The notes beneath the pieces were generated by a model that worked only from the letters and a program-made list of their open reading frames with translations, was not told the DNA's origin and did no database searches. Positions 1 through 11,999 of a DNA stretch of 64,000 nt are shown here, in pieces; within the stretch, counting starts at the first letter, position 1; every line of letters starts with the position of its first letter. This DNA comes from Felis catus (lineage: Eukaryota), in contig NC_058383.1 of NCBI RefSeq assembly GCF_018350175.1, positions 30,630,001 to 30,694,000 on the forward strand, read 5' to 3'. The translations under genes were made by a program, and so were the position numbers.

Positions 1-78
1 CTCCCTCTGTCTCTCCCTCCCTCTCTCTGTCCCTCCCTCCCTCACTCTCTCCCTCTCCCTCTCCCTCTCTCTCTCTCT
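1..78. repeat. CT-rich low-complexity tract, possibly SINE-derived
   Basis: Almost pure C/T sequence (ctccctct repeats). Confidence 0.7.
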
Positions 79-79
79 T

Positions 80-775
80 TTTAGCCATTTTTATTGAGGC
101 ATGGTTGACCTGTAAAAAGCTGTATATGTTTAATGTGTACAACATTCCCCAAGAGTTTGGGGATAAGTACACATCTGTGGAACCATCACTACCATCAGGG
201 TCATAAACATACTCATCTCCTCCCCAAACCTGTATAATCTTTATTATTATTATTATTATTATCATTACCTTTATTATTATTACCTTTATTACCTTTTATT
301 ACCTTTAACCACTTTATTACCTTTATTATTATTGTTATCATTACTTGTGTGTATACTAAGAGTACTTCACATAGATTCTACCTTTGTAGCAAATTTTAAG
401 TATAATTAGCTGAGGGCATGATGCTGTGCAGTAAGTCTACAAGACTTCTTTATCTTGTCGAACTAGAACTTTGTACCCTTTGGCCATCACCTCCCCCATT
501 TCCCCTAACCCTCAGCCCCAGGCGTCCACCATTCTACTCTCTGCTTCTATGAGTTTGTATTAGAAGCCACATATGAGTGAGATCAGACCGTATTTGTCTT
601 TCTTTGGCTGACTTCTATCAGCTAGCATAATGCCCTCTAGGTCCATCCATATTATTTCAAGTGGCAGGATTTCCTTCTTTTTTAAGACTGAACAATAGCA
701 CATCGTACATATATACCACATTTTATTTATCCGTCCGTCCATTGAGGTACATTTAGATTGTTTCCCTATCTTGAT
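80..775 (-). mobile_element. L1 (L1MA/L1MB-like) 3' end with ORF2 C-terminal remnant and internal (TTA)n expansion
   Basis: The minus ORF 560-799 contains INKMWYI..KKKEIL..WMDLEGIML..Q.KKDKY, typical of the L1 ORF2 C-terminus. TTA/TTACCT repeats at about 241-345. Confidence 0.85.
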
Positions 776-784
776 ATCACCTAA

Positions 785-913
785 TCCCTGAAGGGACATC
801 CCATCGCTGTGTTCTGCTTATTAGAACAAAGTCACAGTTGAGGGGATTGCACAGGGACGTGACTGTCACAACGCAGGGATGTTTGGGACCTTCTTGGAGT
901 CTTTCTGCCGCAC
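785..913. mobile_element. MLT1 (MaLR) LTR terminal fragment
   Basis: ttagaacaaagtcacag...gggaccttcttggagtctttctgccgcac resembles a recalled MLT1 end. Confidence 0.5.
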
Positions 914-2834
914 GTAGTAAGGGCTCAATAAATACAAGTTCACATCAGCTGTAGTGCCAGATAGCCATCCTTAGCAATGAGATGCATGCCCCAGGGCTTC
1001 ATGCAGCCCTTGTTCAGATGGAGTTCAAGTTGGTTGTGACTTGCTCGAGCAGTTAACCACCCGAGCTGTAGGTCCGGAACTCGTGGGGTGACTTTGCACA
1101 CACAGTTTGTTCTATAAGTAAGTGCGGGCAGTTCGCACGCTTGCGTCTTTAAGTTCTGGTAAAGAAATTGAGGAGGAAGGGTGGCCTAACGCCGGAGGTC
1201 TACTCTAGGATGACAGCAGGCCAGTGTGGTGGGCTGGAGGGTGGCTGCGGAATTGGGAAAGGTTGGACTGGCGCTTTGCCACTGAGATCTCAGCCTGGAT
1301 GTGGCACGTTAGAGAGAGGCCTTCCCTGTGTGCCCAGTTGGAATTAGCCATTGCTTCTCACGCCACCTTCCTAGTCCTGGCATTCTGGCTCCCTTCCCTG
1401 CTCACTTCTTTGTCCGTCGTCTTTGACCCCCGTGCGGACTGAGCCCCGGGAGAGCAGGGGGCTCGGCTGTCTGGGTCCAGACGTGTATTGTCGCCACCGT
1501 GTGTGGGGCCTGGCAAACAGTTGATTCTCGGTGAATGCTTACCGAATAAATGAATGTGCCGAACCCACAGATGTGAACTGACTCTAAGGAATTTTTTGGA
1601 AGTTGTAATATCTTCATGACTTCCACAGGAAATGCCACTTACTCAGTTCACATGCAAGATACACTAATTTGTTAAAAAGAAGAAAACAGTCTGAAGGTGG
1701 TGGGGTCGTTTTGTCCCTGCCACGGATCGCTGGTGGCCCTTAGGCAAGCTGTGGCACGTCTCTGGGACACAGCCTCCTCAGAGGATAAAAAACAGGGGCT
1801 GCAGATTGGGGCTCTTCACGCTGCTCTGCGCTCGGACCCAGCTCAGGCTCAGGAGCTCTGGTTTTCAACACTGGTCTACCGTGTAAGGTTTGGTTCGAAG
1901 AAAGGGTGGAAAGGGTGCTGTCACCAGGAAAAAGAAGAACTGGACACCCGCAGGGATTCCATGCCCGCTAATGGCCCTTCCTGCTCCGCAAAACCAGGTG
2001 CCCAGTGCAGTTCTTTGGTCTGATAAAGGGTGGGCACCTGTGGCCCACGAAGCTTGGGATCAGCAGAACCAGCAGGAAGGGCAAGCCTAATCCTTTTGGT
2101 GCAGGTGACGTAGCACCCTTTTTCAAGAACATGAAGAATCCCCTCTTCCTTCCTTTCTCCCTGCTTCCCCCCCACCCCCCCCCCCCCAGCCTCACACCTC
2201 GTTTGAGCCCGCATCGTGCTGCCTTTGAAATGTTAGCATCGATTTTTTTTTTCTTTTTTTCTCGTTGACTAACTCATTTCGAGGTTTCATTTCTGGCGCT
2301 GCATCTCCTGCCAGATCACCAGAGCTTCCAAGCTCCAAGTTTTATGATTAAAATTCTGTCACATCCCCCGAAACAGTGCAAATTGTGCCGTTAAGCCTGG
2401 CATAAAAGATTTGCAAGCACTTCACCTAGTAATTTAAATATAATACTTCTGGCAGCTTTCAATTTCTGGTATTTTTAATTCTAATTAAAAAACTATTATT
2501 GAACGTTAATATCCTCTGTACGGCATGCTGTTGTGCCTCTGTGCTCCATCTTGGCCGGCTAGTTTTAAACAAACAGCTTGGCTGGGTGGCTGTTGCCGCC
2601 CACGTGGTTCTTCCTGGCCTTTGGGAATCACCAGGTCCCAGGCATAATTAGTATAAATCAAAATCCTCTAGACTATGACAGGAAAATGGTATGTTTGAAC
2701 AGCAGCTTATTAAAATGACCTACTTAATTTAAGAAAAATATTGTATCCACTTGCACGATAACCTGGATGCTTTCCCTGACAGATTTTATAATATTTCTTC
2801 CCTCTCCCTCCCCCGCCCCCTTTGTTTTTACAAG

Positions 2835-3053
2835 AAAAGGAAAGGGAATGGAAAGGCCCATTCTACTTCATCCAAGGCGCAGACCCACAGTTCGGGCTCA
2901 TGAAGGCCTGGTCCACCGGGAACTGTGACAGCGGCGGTGACGAGTGGGGGCAGGAGATCCGTCTAACTGAGCAAGCTGTTCAGGCCGTCAACAAGTTGAA
3001 GCCCAGACCCAGATTCTTTGTTCTCTGCGGGGACCTCATCCACGCCATGCCAG
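2835..3053 (+). CDS. CPPED1: CPPED1 internal coding exon (exon 2 equivalent), metallophosphoesterase N-terminal motifs
   Basis: Translates to (E)[72 protein letters not shown](G), which I recognise as CPPED1 (ADPQFG and CGDLIH motifs). Pyrimidine tract plus AG acceptor at 2833-2834; CAG|GTAAG donor at 3054. 219 nt, phase 1-1. Confidence 0.96.
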
Positions 3054-3519
3054 GTAAGACTTGCACGGGGCCTGGAGCCTCCTCTGCTTCCTCTGGTCCT
3101 GAGTGCATTTGGGCAGAGGAACAGATTTCTCTTGAAGAGACGTCTTTATTCAGGAATGGCTCACTCCTTCCCTCCATGGCTATTGGAGGGAGTATCCTTG
3201 AACATCAGAAAATGCACGCTCATTTTATATTTAGAATTTGGCGAGATTGATCGCAGTAATTAGGCAGAGCTACAGTTCTGATGATCTGAGCTTACTATGA
3301 AAAATGGAACAGATTCCCATGTCACCTTTATTTCCAGGGGACAAACTTGAACTGCTTCCAGATACCATATCCATAAATGTAACCTTCTTCTCTTGTTTCT
3401 CCTCTTCTGACACTTTAATTTCTCCTGTATTTGTTAGTGCTTTTTCATTTGCAAGTGACAGAAATCTAACATAAACTGGATTATTATTATTATTATTATT
3501 ATATTTTTTATTAAAACTT

Positions 3520-3736
3520 TTTTTTATGTTTTAATTTTTTTTTTTTTTTTTTTGAGAGAGAGCAAGCAGAAGTGGGACAGGGACACAGACAGTGGGAGAC
3601 ACAGAATCCGAAGCAGGCTCCAGGCTCCACGCTGTCAACACAGAGCCCGACATGGGACTCGAACCCACAAACTGTGAGATCGTGACCTGGGCTGAAATCA
3701 GAGGCTTAACCGACTGAGCCACCCCGGCAGTGCCCC
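3520..3736 (-). mobile_element. Can-SINE (felid type), inserted in an old MLT1-like LTR (about 3435-4080)
   Basis: cacagaatccgaagcaggctccaggctc...cgactgagccacccc with poly-T tail. The flank ttgcaagtgacagaaa resembles an MLT1J/K start. Confidence 0.88.
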
Positions 3737-4754
3737 TATGTTTTTAAACACGTGTGTTCCTTTATGGGACCGTGAAGTCCAGGGGCCTCTCTGGGCTTCA
3801 GGTAGAGGATCCATGGCTAGATCTAGAAGCTTAGAGTTTGTGATCAGGACTTGGTTTCTGTTGCTCAGCCCTGCTTTCCTCTGGGTTGATTTCATTTTTA
3901 GGCAGGCTGTCTCTAGGTAGTGGTCCCTGGGAGCTCCTACCAGAAACCATAAGAGAAAGAAAATGCCTCATTCTTGGTGGTCCAATCAAAGTCCCAGACT
4001 GGCACTCATCCTTCATCCTGCTCTTATGGCCCCTTGAAACCAGGGTGTGGGCTCATTTCCATTGCAGCAGTGTGGTCTGAAGAGCAGGATGGTTCCGCAC
4101 AAGGAAAGTGAGATCGAATGTAAGAAACAACAGGTGCCTTCTAGAAGTCTCTTGCATTTTGTTTCTTCTTCTGATACCTTCTCTCCCAGGCAAGAATAAA
4201 GTCCAGTGAGCAAGTACAAGCAGGTGGAACCTCCACCTGCCCATCAGAGAGGTAGCGTGCACTCCCACGTCCACTGTTAGTGGAACAGCGGTCTTTGCTT
4301 TTGGAGCAGCAGTGGCTTGAAGACCATTGCAGAAAACACTGCAGTGGCCACACGTTTGCTTTGGCTAATGCCATCTTGTAAACCAGGACTCTGGGTCCTG
4401 ATGTGATTTCCAGTGCCTTTACAAGCTGAGGCACTCTACAATAGGCTGGATTGCATTCATTTTTCAAGCTTCCCTTGTCTAGCAGCCAGCCTATCGAGAA
4501 CAATCCCAAAGTAAAGATGTGAGGATGGAAAAAGGGCTGCCCGGAATCACTCTCCCCAGGTCCAGTGAGTGTAATGAGCAGGAGGAACCCTCAGAACTCC
4601 CCTCATTCTCTGTTTACACATATTTTATGCAAAATCATGAATGTGGACATGCCCATGTCATTGGATGGAACCCAAGGGCGGTCATCCCCGGAGAATCAGC
4701 CTGTCCTGCTATTGGGCTTATACAGAGGCGGCAAGGTGGGAAAGAAGGATAGTA

Positions 4755-4875
4755 AGGCAGTGGATAGGGACCTGAACTAGGGTGGATGCCAGCTCCACAC
4801 CTGCCACTGATGTGCTGGGTAAACTTGGACCAGTCCCCTTACCTTCTCTGGGCCTCCGTTTCTGAGCCCATCAGT
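4755..4875. mobile_element. MIR fragment
   Basis: ccagctccac..tgtgctgggtaaacttggaccagtccccttaccttctctgggcctccgtttctg matches the MIR core. Confidence 0.55.
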
Positions 4876-5972
4876 GCAATAAGCATTCAAAACCTCGACC
4901 TTGTAGGGCTTCACCACATGGGGGCAGGTGCAGGGGGTGGACATCTCAGCAGCTTGGAGCAGAAGCACATTCACACTCGGTCACCCTTGGTGACCCCAGG
5001 ATGCCCCAGTCTCTAAAGGAGTTAGAAATCAGAGTAGGACCCAGAGTCTTGGTTGACAAGGTAAAATCAGGGTAATATGCCAGTTGACCAGATTAATGCT
5101 GCTTCCCGATGGTCTGATTTGCTGTTAGCTGGGTGCTTTGGCATCATTTGGCCCGTGTGCACTGTAGCATCAGCTAGATCTCTCATTCTGGACCATCCAG
5201 TGAGCAAAGTTCTGCTTTTCCTGGACAGTTGAAGGTCAGATTCCAAATCTACTGTTTTTATGTGCAGCGATTTCTTTTCTTTGCAAATAGAAATGTTACA
5301 GGACTCACTAGAATCATATAGCATGTTTTCGTAGATGTTTACCAACTTGTTCCGAATTACATTAATGTGTTCAGTCGTATTTCAAAATAAGATTTAAAAT
5401 AAAAGCTCTCCGTGCAATCTCATTGCTGCTTCAATGAAATATACTGAGCATAGTAAATTAAAAGATACGGTTTTTATGCTCAACTTTTCCCGTTGGTCAG
5501 AAGACCTCGTAAACGTGAACTGGCAATCTTTTGAGCACATATTTTATATGCAGTGTGACCCGAGCAGAATTTGTATCTGTTCTGAAGAGTTGGACTGTTT
5601 TGGATGCTTGTAACTGAGCCAGTGGAGGGACTGTAACAGTTTTGAATATTGTGGTCGGAGATTAAGCAGAACGTTTTAAAGCTAGTTACCATTTTTTAAT
5701 ATGCAATTAGCAGCTTCCTCCTCATTTAGCTCATATGCAGGGGCAGACACTAGAAAAGTAATTATTTGCTTTGACTGCTTAGCACATTGTTAATTATCAG
5801 ATGCATATATTAATAGGCAAATAAAATCAGAAAGCATACTTTTAATTCTACCATAAATAATATCTTGGGCCAAGTAGTTTTAAGTTCAAACTGGAGCAAA
5901 AGAACTTTATGAATAATGCTTGTTCTAATGAAAGTCATAATGCACTTTTCTTCCATTATAAATATTCATCAT

Positions 5973-6185
5973 GGGGCATCTGAGTGGCTCAGTCGGTTAA
6001 GCGTCAGACTTCTGCTCAGGTCATGATCTCGCAGTTCATGGGTTCGAACCCCGTGTCGGGCTCTGTGCTGACAGCTTGGAGCCTGGAGCCTGTTTCCGAT
6101 TCTGTGTCTCCCTCTCTCTCTGCCCCTCCCCCGCTCACGCTCTGTCTCTCTCTGTTCTCTCAAAAATGAATAAACGTTAAAAAAA
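5973..6185 (+). mobile_element. Can-SINE, full length with target-site duplication (TSD)
   Basis: ggggcatctgagtggctcagtcggttaag...(CT)n-A tail. TSD taaatattc(a/g)tcat at 5959-5972 and 6186-6199. Confidence 0.93.
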
Positions 6186-6941
6186 TAAATATTCGTCATA
6201 ATATTTGTTCACCTACACATACTCAGTGTGTACACACTGAGTGCCAGTTACAATGCCAGATGCTGTGGATATAATGGTTGGAGATGAGCGAGCAGCCCTT
6301 CTGTGGAGCGTAGAGTCTGATAAAGGAAGTGCAAAAGGAAGGACGGTGCCAGGGCCTGAAGGGAAAGCCTAAGAAATGCAGGACAAAGTCCAGATAGTTT
6401 TGAAAGCATGTTTTCACTCTGCAGATGTCTTTTTGGTTACGTTGGTATTTTCTTATTTTATGAAACTTCTCAGTGGTAAACGCATTATCAATAGCAAATG
6501 GACATTTGTGCTCTTGAGACCACTGATTTTCGGTCCATCACGCTGAAGCCCAGGGTACTTTGTTTGGTCGCCCTGATGTGGAGGCTCTGACCCCCTGATG
6601 CTGTCCGTGGGAACCTTGCTCGGTTTCGGCAGTCATGTGAGGAATCGACAGGTGGAATGTGATGATGCCGTTCGAGTACAGGGGGTCCTTTCAGCCTGTA
6701 GAACAGTTTGTTATTAGTGTGTGTGTCTGGCCTGTTGATTAAAAATTGCCACAACCAAACAAAACAGATAGTGTGGAACAAATTCTTCCCTGGATATAAA
6801 GGCTCCTTGAAGGGTTCTTTGTATATGGTCCTCTGCTTTGGGCCGCTATTACATGATTTCACGTCCGTGAATGATTCGGCCTCTGGAAATCCTGCAAACG
6901 TAAAGCGAGGCCAGCCCGCACTAGCCTTATTCCAGTACGAG

Positions 6942-7610
6942 GTGTGTGAGTTTTGTGTGGCTGCTCTAACAAACTCCTGCAAGCTCAGTGGCTTGGAACA
7001 ACACACAATGATTGTCCTGCAGTCCTGGAGGTCCGAAGTCCAGAAGCCCTGGGTCTGCAGCGCTGTGGTGTTCGACAGGCTTCAGCTTCTGGAGGCTGCC
7101 CACCTTTCTTGGGTCATGGCCATTTCCATCCTCACAGCCAGCAGCATAGCGTTTTCTCTCTTCTCTGACCTTTGATTCATCCTCTTCTATTTTTTTTTTT
7201 TTAATTTGAGAGAGAGAGAGAGAGAGAGAGCAAGGGAGGGCAGAGAGAGAGAGACAGAGAGAAAATATCTCAAGCAGACTCCATGCTCAGCACAGAGCTG
7301 GACATGGGGCTTGATCCGATGACCCTCTGAGCATGACCTGAGCTGAAATCAAGAGTCAGATGCTCTGAGCCACCCAGGCGCCCGTCATATTCTCTCCCTT
7401 AAACCTAACCCTCCTGCTTCTTTCTTATAAACACCCTTGTGGTTATTGGCCTTCTCCAATAACCCAGGACCTCAAGATCTGATAAAGATCTCCAGCTCAA
7501 ACTTTATCACATCTGCAAATTCCCCTCTTTCCGTGCAAGATAACACATTCACAGGTTCGGGGGATTGGGATGTGGACGTCTTTGGGGGCCACTGTTCAGC
7601 CTACCACACA
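6942..7610. mobile_element. MLT1C/D-like MaLR LTR interrupted by a minus-strand Can-SINE (about 7190-7384)
   Basis: Starts tgtgtgagttttgtgtggctgctctaacaaac...gtcctggaggtccgaagtcc and ends gggggccactgttcagcctaccaca. The SINE ends ctgagccacccaggcgccc. Confidence 0.75.
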
Positions 7611-7834
7611 TGGGATGCAGTTCAGGGTATGTGCCAGGACCAGTGCTGCTAGCTGACCTATCCATTGGAGTCATGAAAGGAGGGTGTCGTTGCTATTTCC
7701 ATGTGAACTGGTGGTCAAAACTGGCTCAGGGCAGTTAAGTACTTTTCCTGGGGTCTCTCAGCTTATAAGCGGTGGAGTCAGGCTCTGACCCCAGTCCAGC
7801 TGTGTTCAAACAAACCTCATGCACTTCACAGGGC

Positions 7835-7990
7835 AGCCTCCCTGCTCAAAGGGTGGTCCCCAGGATAGCAGTCAAGAGCTTGTTTGGAATGTAGAATTTC
7901 TGCCCCACCCAGATCTGATGAGATGGAACCGGCATTTTTAAGAGATCCCCAGGTCTTATTACTCATGGGCCGTAAAGTTTTGAGGCGTAT
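7835..7990. mobile_element. MER5-like hAT-Charlie DNA transposon fossil
   Basis: ctgctcaaagggtggtcccc...gccccacccagatct...gcatttttaagagatccccaggt...aaagttttgagg. Confidence 0.6.
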
Positions 7991-10127
7991 TTGCTGGACA
8001 AAAATGCACCAGGCCATGTGTGTTTTGCACTAGGTACAAATTTTGTGTGTACATTCGTGGTTTGTGGGCATTCCCTTCAACTGTTAAAGATAATGGTGCT
8101 TCACAAGGGGGCTGTCCCTACTTGAGCCTTCCCAAGCTAAGCCCTCACAGACAAATGTTTTAAGTTTGTGGGTTTTGCTTGGCTTCCTAAACACCATTTT
8201 GAGCAACCACAACAAAACAGAACTTGTCCAAAATATTCAGGAAAGCAGTCACCCATATATGCTTTACAAGGATTTGTATGCGGAATGGTTGGGAGAGTGA
8301 GGACGGGTTCTTTGATTGGGGTTATTATGTCCATGTGCCTAATCCCTTATGTGCTATTCCAAAGTCCAGAGAGCTCTGGAAACTAAGAGTTTTTCTTAAG
8401 TTTGAAAACTAACTCAATTGGCAGCAAAATCGACCTGAACTGACACGAGGATATTTATAGTCTTTCTTTATCCTACTTCGTGGGAATATTCATGTGTTTT
8501 GCCAGCAAAATATTACTATGCTCCATTACGGGGTATTGCCTGAGATCCAGCTCGAGGGGTTATTTAATATGTGCCCCACGCCCAGTATTGCTGTTTTTAG
8601 AGTTTGAAAAACTCCAACCTTCAAAGCAGATCTGGCCCCTCGGGTTTAGGATAAGAACATAATGAATCTGCAATATTGATAAGTTTGGATTTATGGATGA
8701 AGAAGCCTTTCATCACTAGAAACCGAAGGCTTTTTTCCATCCCTCCAATTTGACTTTCTCCCGAGGTAACTTCTGCACTCCCACTGCACGGTAAGCATCT
8801 CAGTTTCTAAGTTAAAATGATCCCAGGATCTCTCCTATTTAAATTTTGGGCACTATTTTTGTTGGGACCAAAGGGACTGAATATGAAAATGGAATTGAAT
8901 TCAGAAGTGACTCTGACAAATTGAAGGAGAGGATATGTGCACCGAGGTGATGTTTGCTATAGATAAGTGCAGAATAATCCACTTAGGTGGAAAAGTCTTA
9001 ACTTCAAGGCAGAAAAGGGCTGGATGTCTGCAGATACGGCTGTAAAGGGCCAGAAAGTAAAGGAATGTGCAGAGTGGTGGTTAGGAATGGGGAAATGCTG
9101 TGGGAATGTAAACTAGAGTTACTTGTGGACGGGACTGTGGTTTTCTGAAAAGATCCAAGTGAAACCTGAAAAAGGACTCAGTTTGGTAGCTCTTTGCCTT
9201 AAATGAGATGTGAACAGGTAGGCCAAGGTCCAGATAGGAGTCACCGCGGCCAAATGACCCCCAAGACACCTTTCCCAGTTGGAGATTTTAATTCCGTGAT
9301 GAATGGATACAGTTGGCAAAGGAAGTGAAAATGGAGTGCTTTGGTGGGCCGGGCTTCAGGCAGAGAATAAGCCGTGTGTCCTTTTGGCGTTCACGTAATC
9401 CAGGAGGGTTGGTGTTCTTTTTCCCCCAACGGGGCAGACACCAAACACATGAACATAATTCTGGTACAAGACAGACTGTGATAAGCAAAGCCTCAGAGGA
9501 ATTGAGAAACAAAGCCAGGAAGAGGCCTTATCACATCCCTGCGACCTCTACCAGTTCACCTTCCTCCAAGCTTCATTCTGAGATCCTACAGGGCAGTTGC
9601 AGGGGGGGAGGGGTGTGTGTTTGTGTTGGTTGTGTGTTTTCATCCAGTACCCAAAGCTGTTGAGCGTGGCGAAGGTGTTCACTGAATGCAGGTCAAACGA
9701 ATCGCTCTGTTTCCAGTAGTGCTTAGCAAGTGGTCAGCACGTGGGAGGCCCCCAGTACAAATTTCTGGATTAGACGAAAAGTCAGTTCATTTATTTACCA
9801 CGTCTCTCCTGAGTGCTTACTTTGTGCAGGCAGTGTTCTAGGTGCTTGTGCTGCCTCAGCGAATACAACAGACAGAAGTCCTTGCTTGACCTAGAAATAA
9901 GGGGCACGGACACATGGAAACATGACATTCTTTTTTTTTTTCCTTCTCATTCTGATCTGTTGTAGTATTCAAACTCGGGTTGATATGGATCTGTGTTATT
10001 ATTTCATTAGATTATTAAATGATACAACGGATACGTGAATATGATCCCTTTGTAAAGATTTAGCATCTGTGTCTAGAATCAACTGTGTAACGTCACCCAA
10101 GTCCTTCCCTTGGGGTCACCATACGTA

Positions 10128-10129
<2 letters not shown>

Positions 10130-10165
<36 letters not shown>
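10130..10165. repeat. (TA)n microsatellite
   Basis: Perfect TA run. Confidence 0.95.
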
Positions 10166-10169
<4 letters not shown>

Positions 10170-11285
10170 CTTATAAATATCTTTATTCAGTGCATGTTGT
10201 TCTGTGACTTCCTTTTTCCCCTTCTGTCTACCTGGAAAATCCTTGTATGTTGCTACATAGAGGTTTATGTCGGGCTTTTAATAAGGGCATTGCCTTCCAT
10301 GGATGAGATCTTGTAATTGGTTAATCCTCTCCCCTGGTCGGAACTAGGAGTGATAATCTCCTCCTGTTGGAGCTAATCTAAACAGTGCTGCCATTGGACA
10401 TTCTCCTATACTGCAGGTCAGTTTTCCTTCAGGCTTGAAGTTGGGTGGATTGGCCGGGTTTGGGATCTGCTGTGGCATTTGCATGACCTGAACACCGGCC
10501 AGGTTGCTGCGTGCTTCCCCGAAGGACATCTCTCAGGGATTGACCCATACTTCCACGTATCTCTACTGTGCCACCAGCATCTCAGTCCCCCTTATACAAG
10601 CGGTAAGTCCCGGCAGTGCCCACCCCACCATCGCTACTCAGAAAGTTTCCATTGGACCAAAACCCTCTTGTCCCTATCACAGGATTTGTTCCTGCTGTTT
10701 TTTGAAAAACAGCTCAGTTAACTTAGGTGCATTTCCTCACCTGTGTGATTAGCCTTGCGTTTTTCATTTTAAGTGCCTACTCCGGCTCCAGGAAATGCTA
10801 AGATTTGAAGACGCTTTACCAAACAGCTTAACAGCCAGCAACATAAAAAGGGTCATATGAGAGCAAGGCAGTGCTCTGCCTGGGATGGGAAGTCCCCAGC
10901 CCCTGGCATGGGCATGGCTGTGAGCCTCAGCCCTCCCAGCAGGTTGTGTGTGGCTGAATGCTGAGCAGTGGTAACCCAGAGCAATCAGCCAGCCCCGTGG
11001 CTCCCTAGATCCTTCACATCCATTATGAGCCTGTTAAAGCATCTAGGCAATCAGCGACAATACCTTCCTTCTGCCAAGGCTGATTGAAAGTGGTTTGAAC
11101 TAATTTACCTAATATTACTAATTAGGGAGCTTGGAGCATTCCTTGAAAAGTTGTTTCTGATTAGGTGTGTGATCAGCAGTAGCATTGCTGGCAGCCGTGA
11201 TTGTCCCCTCCCCCAGCCCCCAGCACGAGGTGTCACTCAGAGGGGCTGTGCTCCTTGCAGGCCGTGTCAACTCTTTGTCCCCAGT

Positions 11286-11999
11286 CAGGGCCTCTTAACC
11301 TGCTGTGTGCCTTGGGCCCCTTTGGCAGGTTAGCAAACAACCTCTGGACCACCACTCAGAATAATAAATTTTTAATTTTTTTTTTAATGTTTATTTATTT
11401 TTTGAGACGGAGAGAGACAGAGCATGAACGGGGGAGGGTCAGAGAGAGAGGGAGACACAGAATCCGAAGCAGGCTCCAGGCTCTGAACTGTCAGCACAGA
11501 GCCTGACGTGGGGCTCGAACTCACGGACCGTGAGATCGTGACCTGAGCCGAAGTTAGACGCTCAACCGACTGAGCCACCCAGGCGCCCCAAAATAATAAG
11601 TTTTTAAGTGCATAGAATAAAATGCATAGGATTTCAAAGGAAACCGATCACATTGAAATACACTTATCAAAATATTTGAAAATTATTTGATGGAGTAAAA
11701 CGCATACTTCTTTGTTGGTCTGTTACACAACACAGTCCAGCAGGGCTAATGACTACCATAATTTCAAAGTGGTGCTGAGCTTAAACAATGCCATGAGGTG
11801 TCCACAACAACTGTAATGGGATATGAAAAATCCTCGTGGTTTCTGTTGGTGACAATCACAGGAGCCTTGATAAGATCTCTGTGATTTTCTGCTTAACTTA
11901 ATAGTAGGAGGAAATGCTAAATATCAGAGGTTAGTGGAAATGCAGGATTTTTCCCATCTAGATTCACAGATCCCCGTGGACCCCAGATTCAGAGCCCTT
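11286..11999. mobile_element. MER119-like hAT-Charlie element interrupted by a SINE
   Basis: cagggcctcttaacc...cccctttggcag...aaaatgcataggatttcaaaggaaacc; degenerate terminal inverted repeat agattcagagccct at the right end. Confidence 0.65.
11375..11590 (-). mobile_element. Can-SINE with TSD
   Basis: Full SINE body. TSD aataataa(a/g)ttttta at 11360-11374 and 11592-11606. Confidence 0.93.

Noticed and set aside
2870..2895. DPQ instead of the canonical DxH metallophosphoesterase motif I as a sign of inactivation
   Set aside because: ADPQFG is the normal CPPED1 family sequence as I recall it, so it is not a lesion.
3054..3250. In-frame read-through past the first exon's donor
   Set aside because: A strong CAG|GTAAG donor is present and the extension has no CPPED1 similarity.
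5973..6060. tRNA gene call at SINE heads
   Set aside because: The A/B-box-like sequence belongs to tRNA-derived SINEs followed by CT and A tails; no intact cloverleaf was seen.
6488..7175. 172-aa and 155-aa overlapping ORFs
   Set aside because: They partly overlap an MLT1 LTR, have no recognisable motifs, and are within chance expectation for 64 kb.
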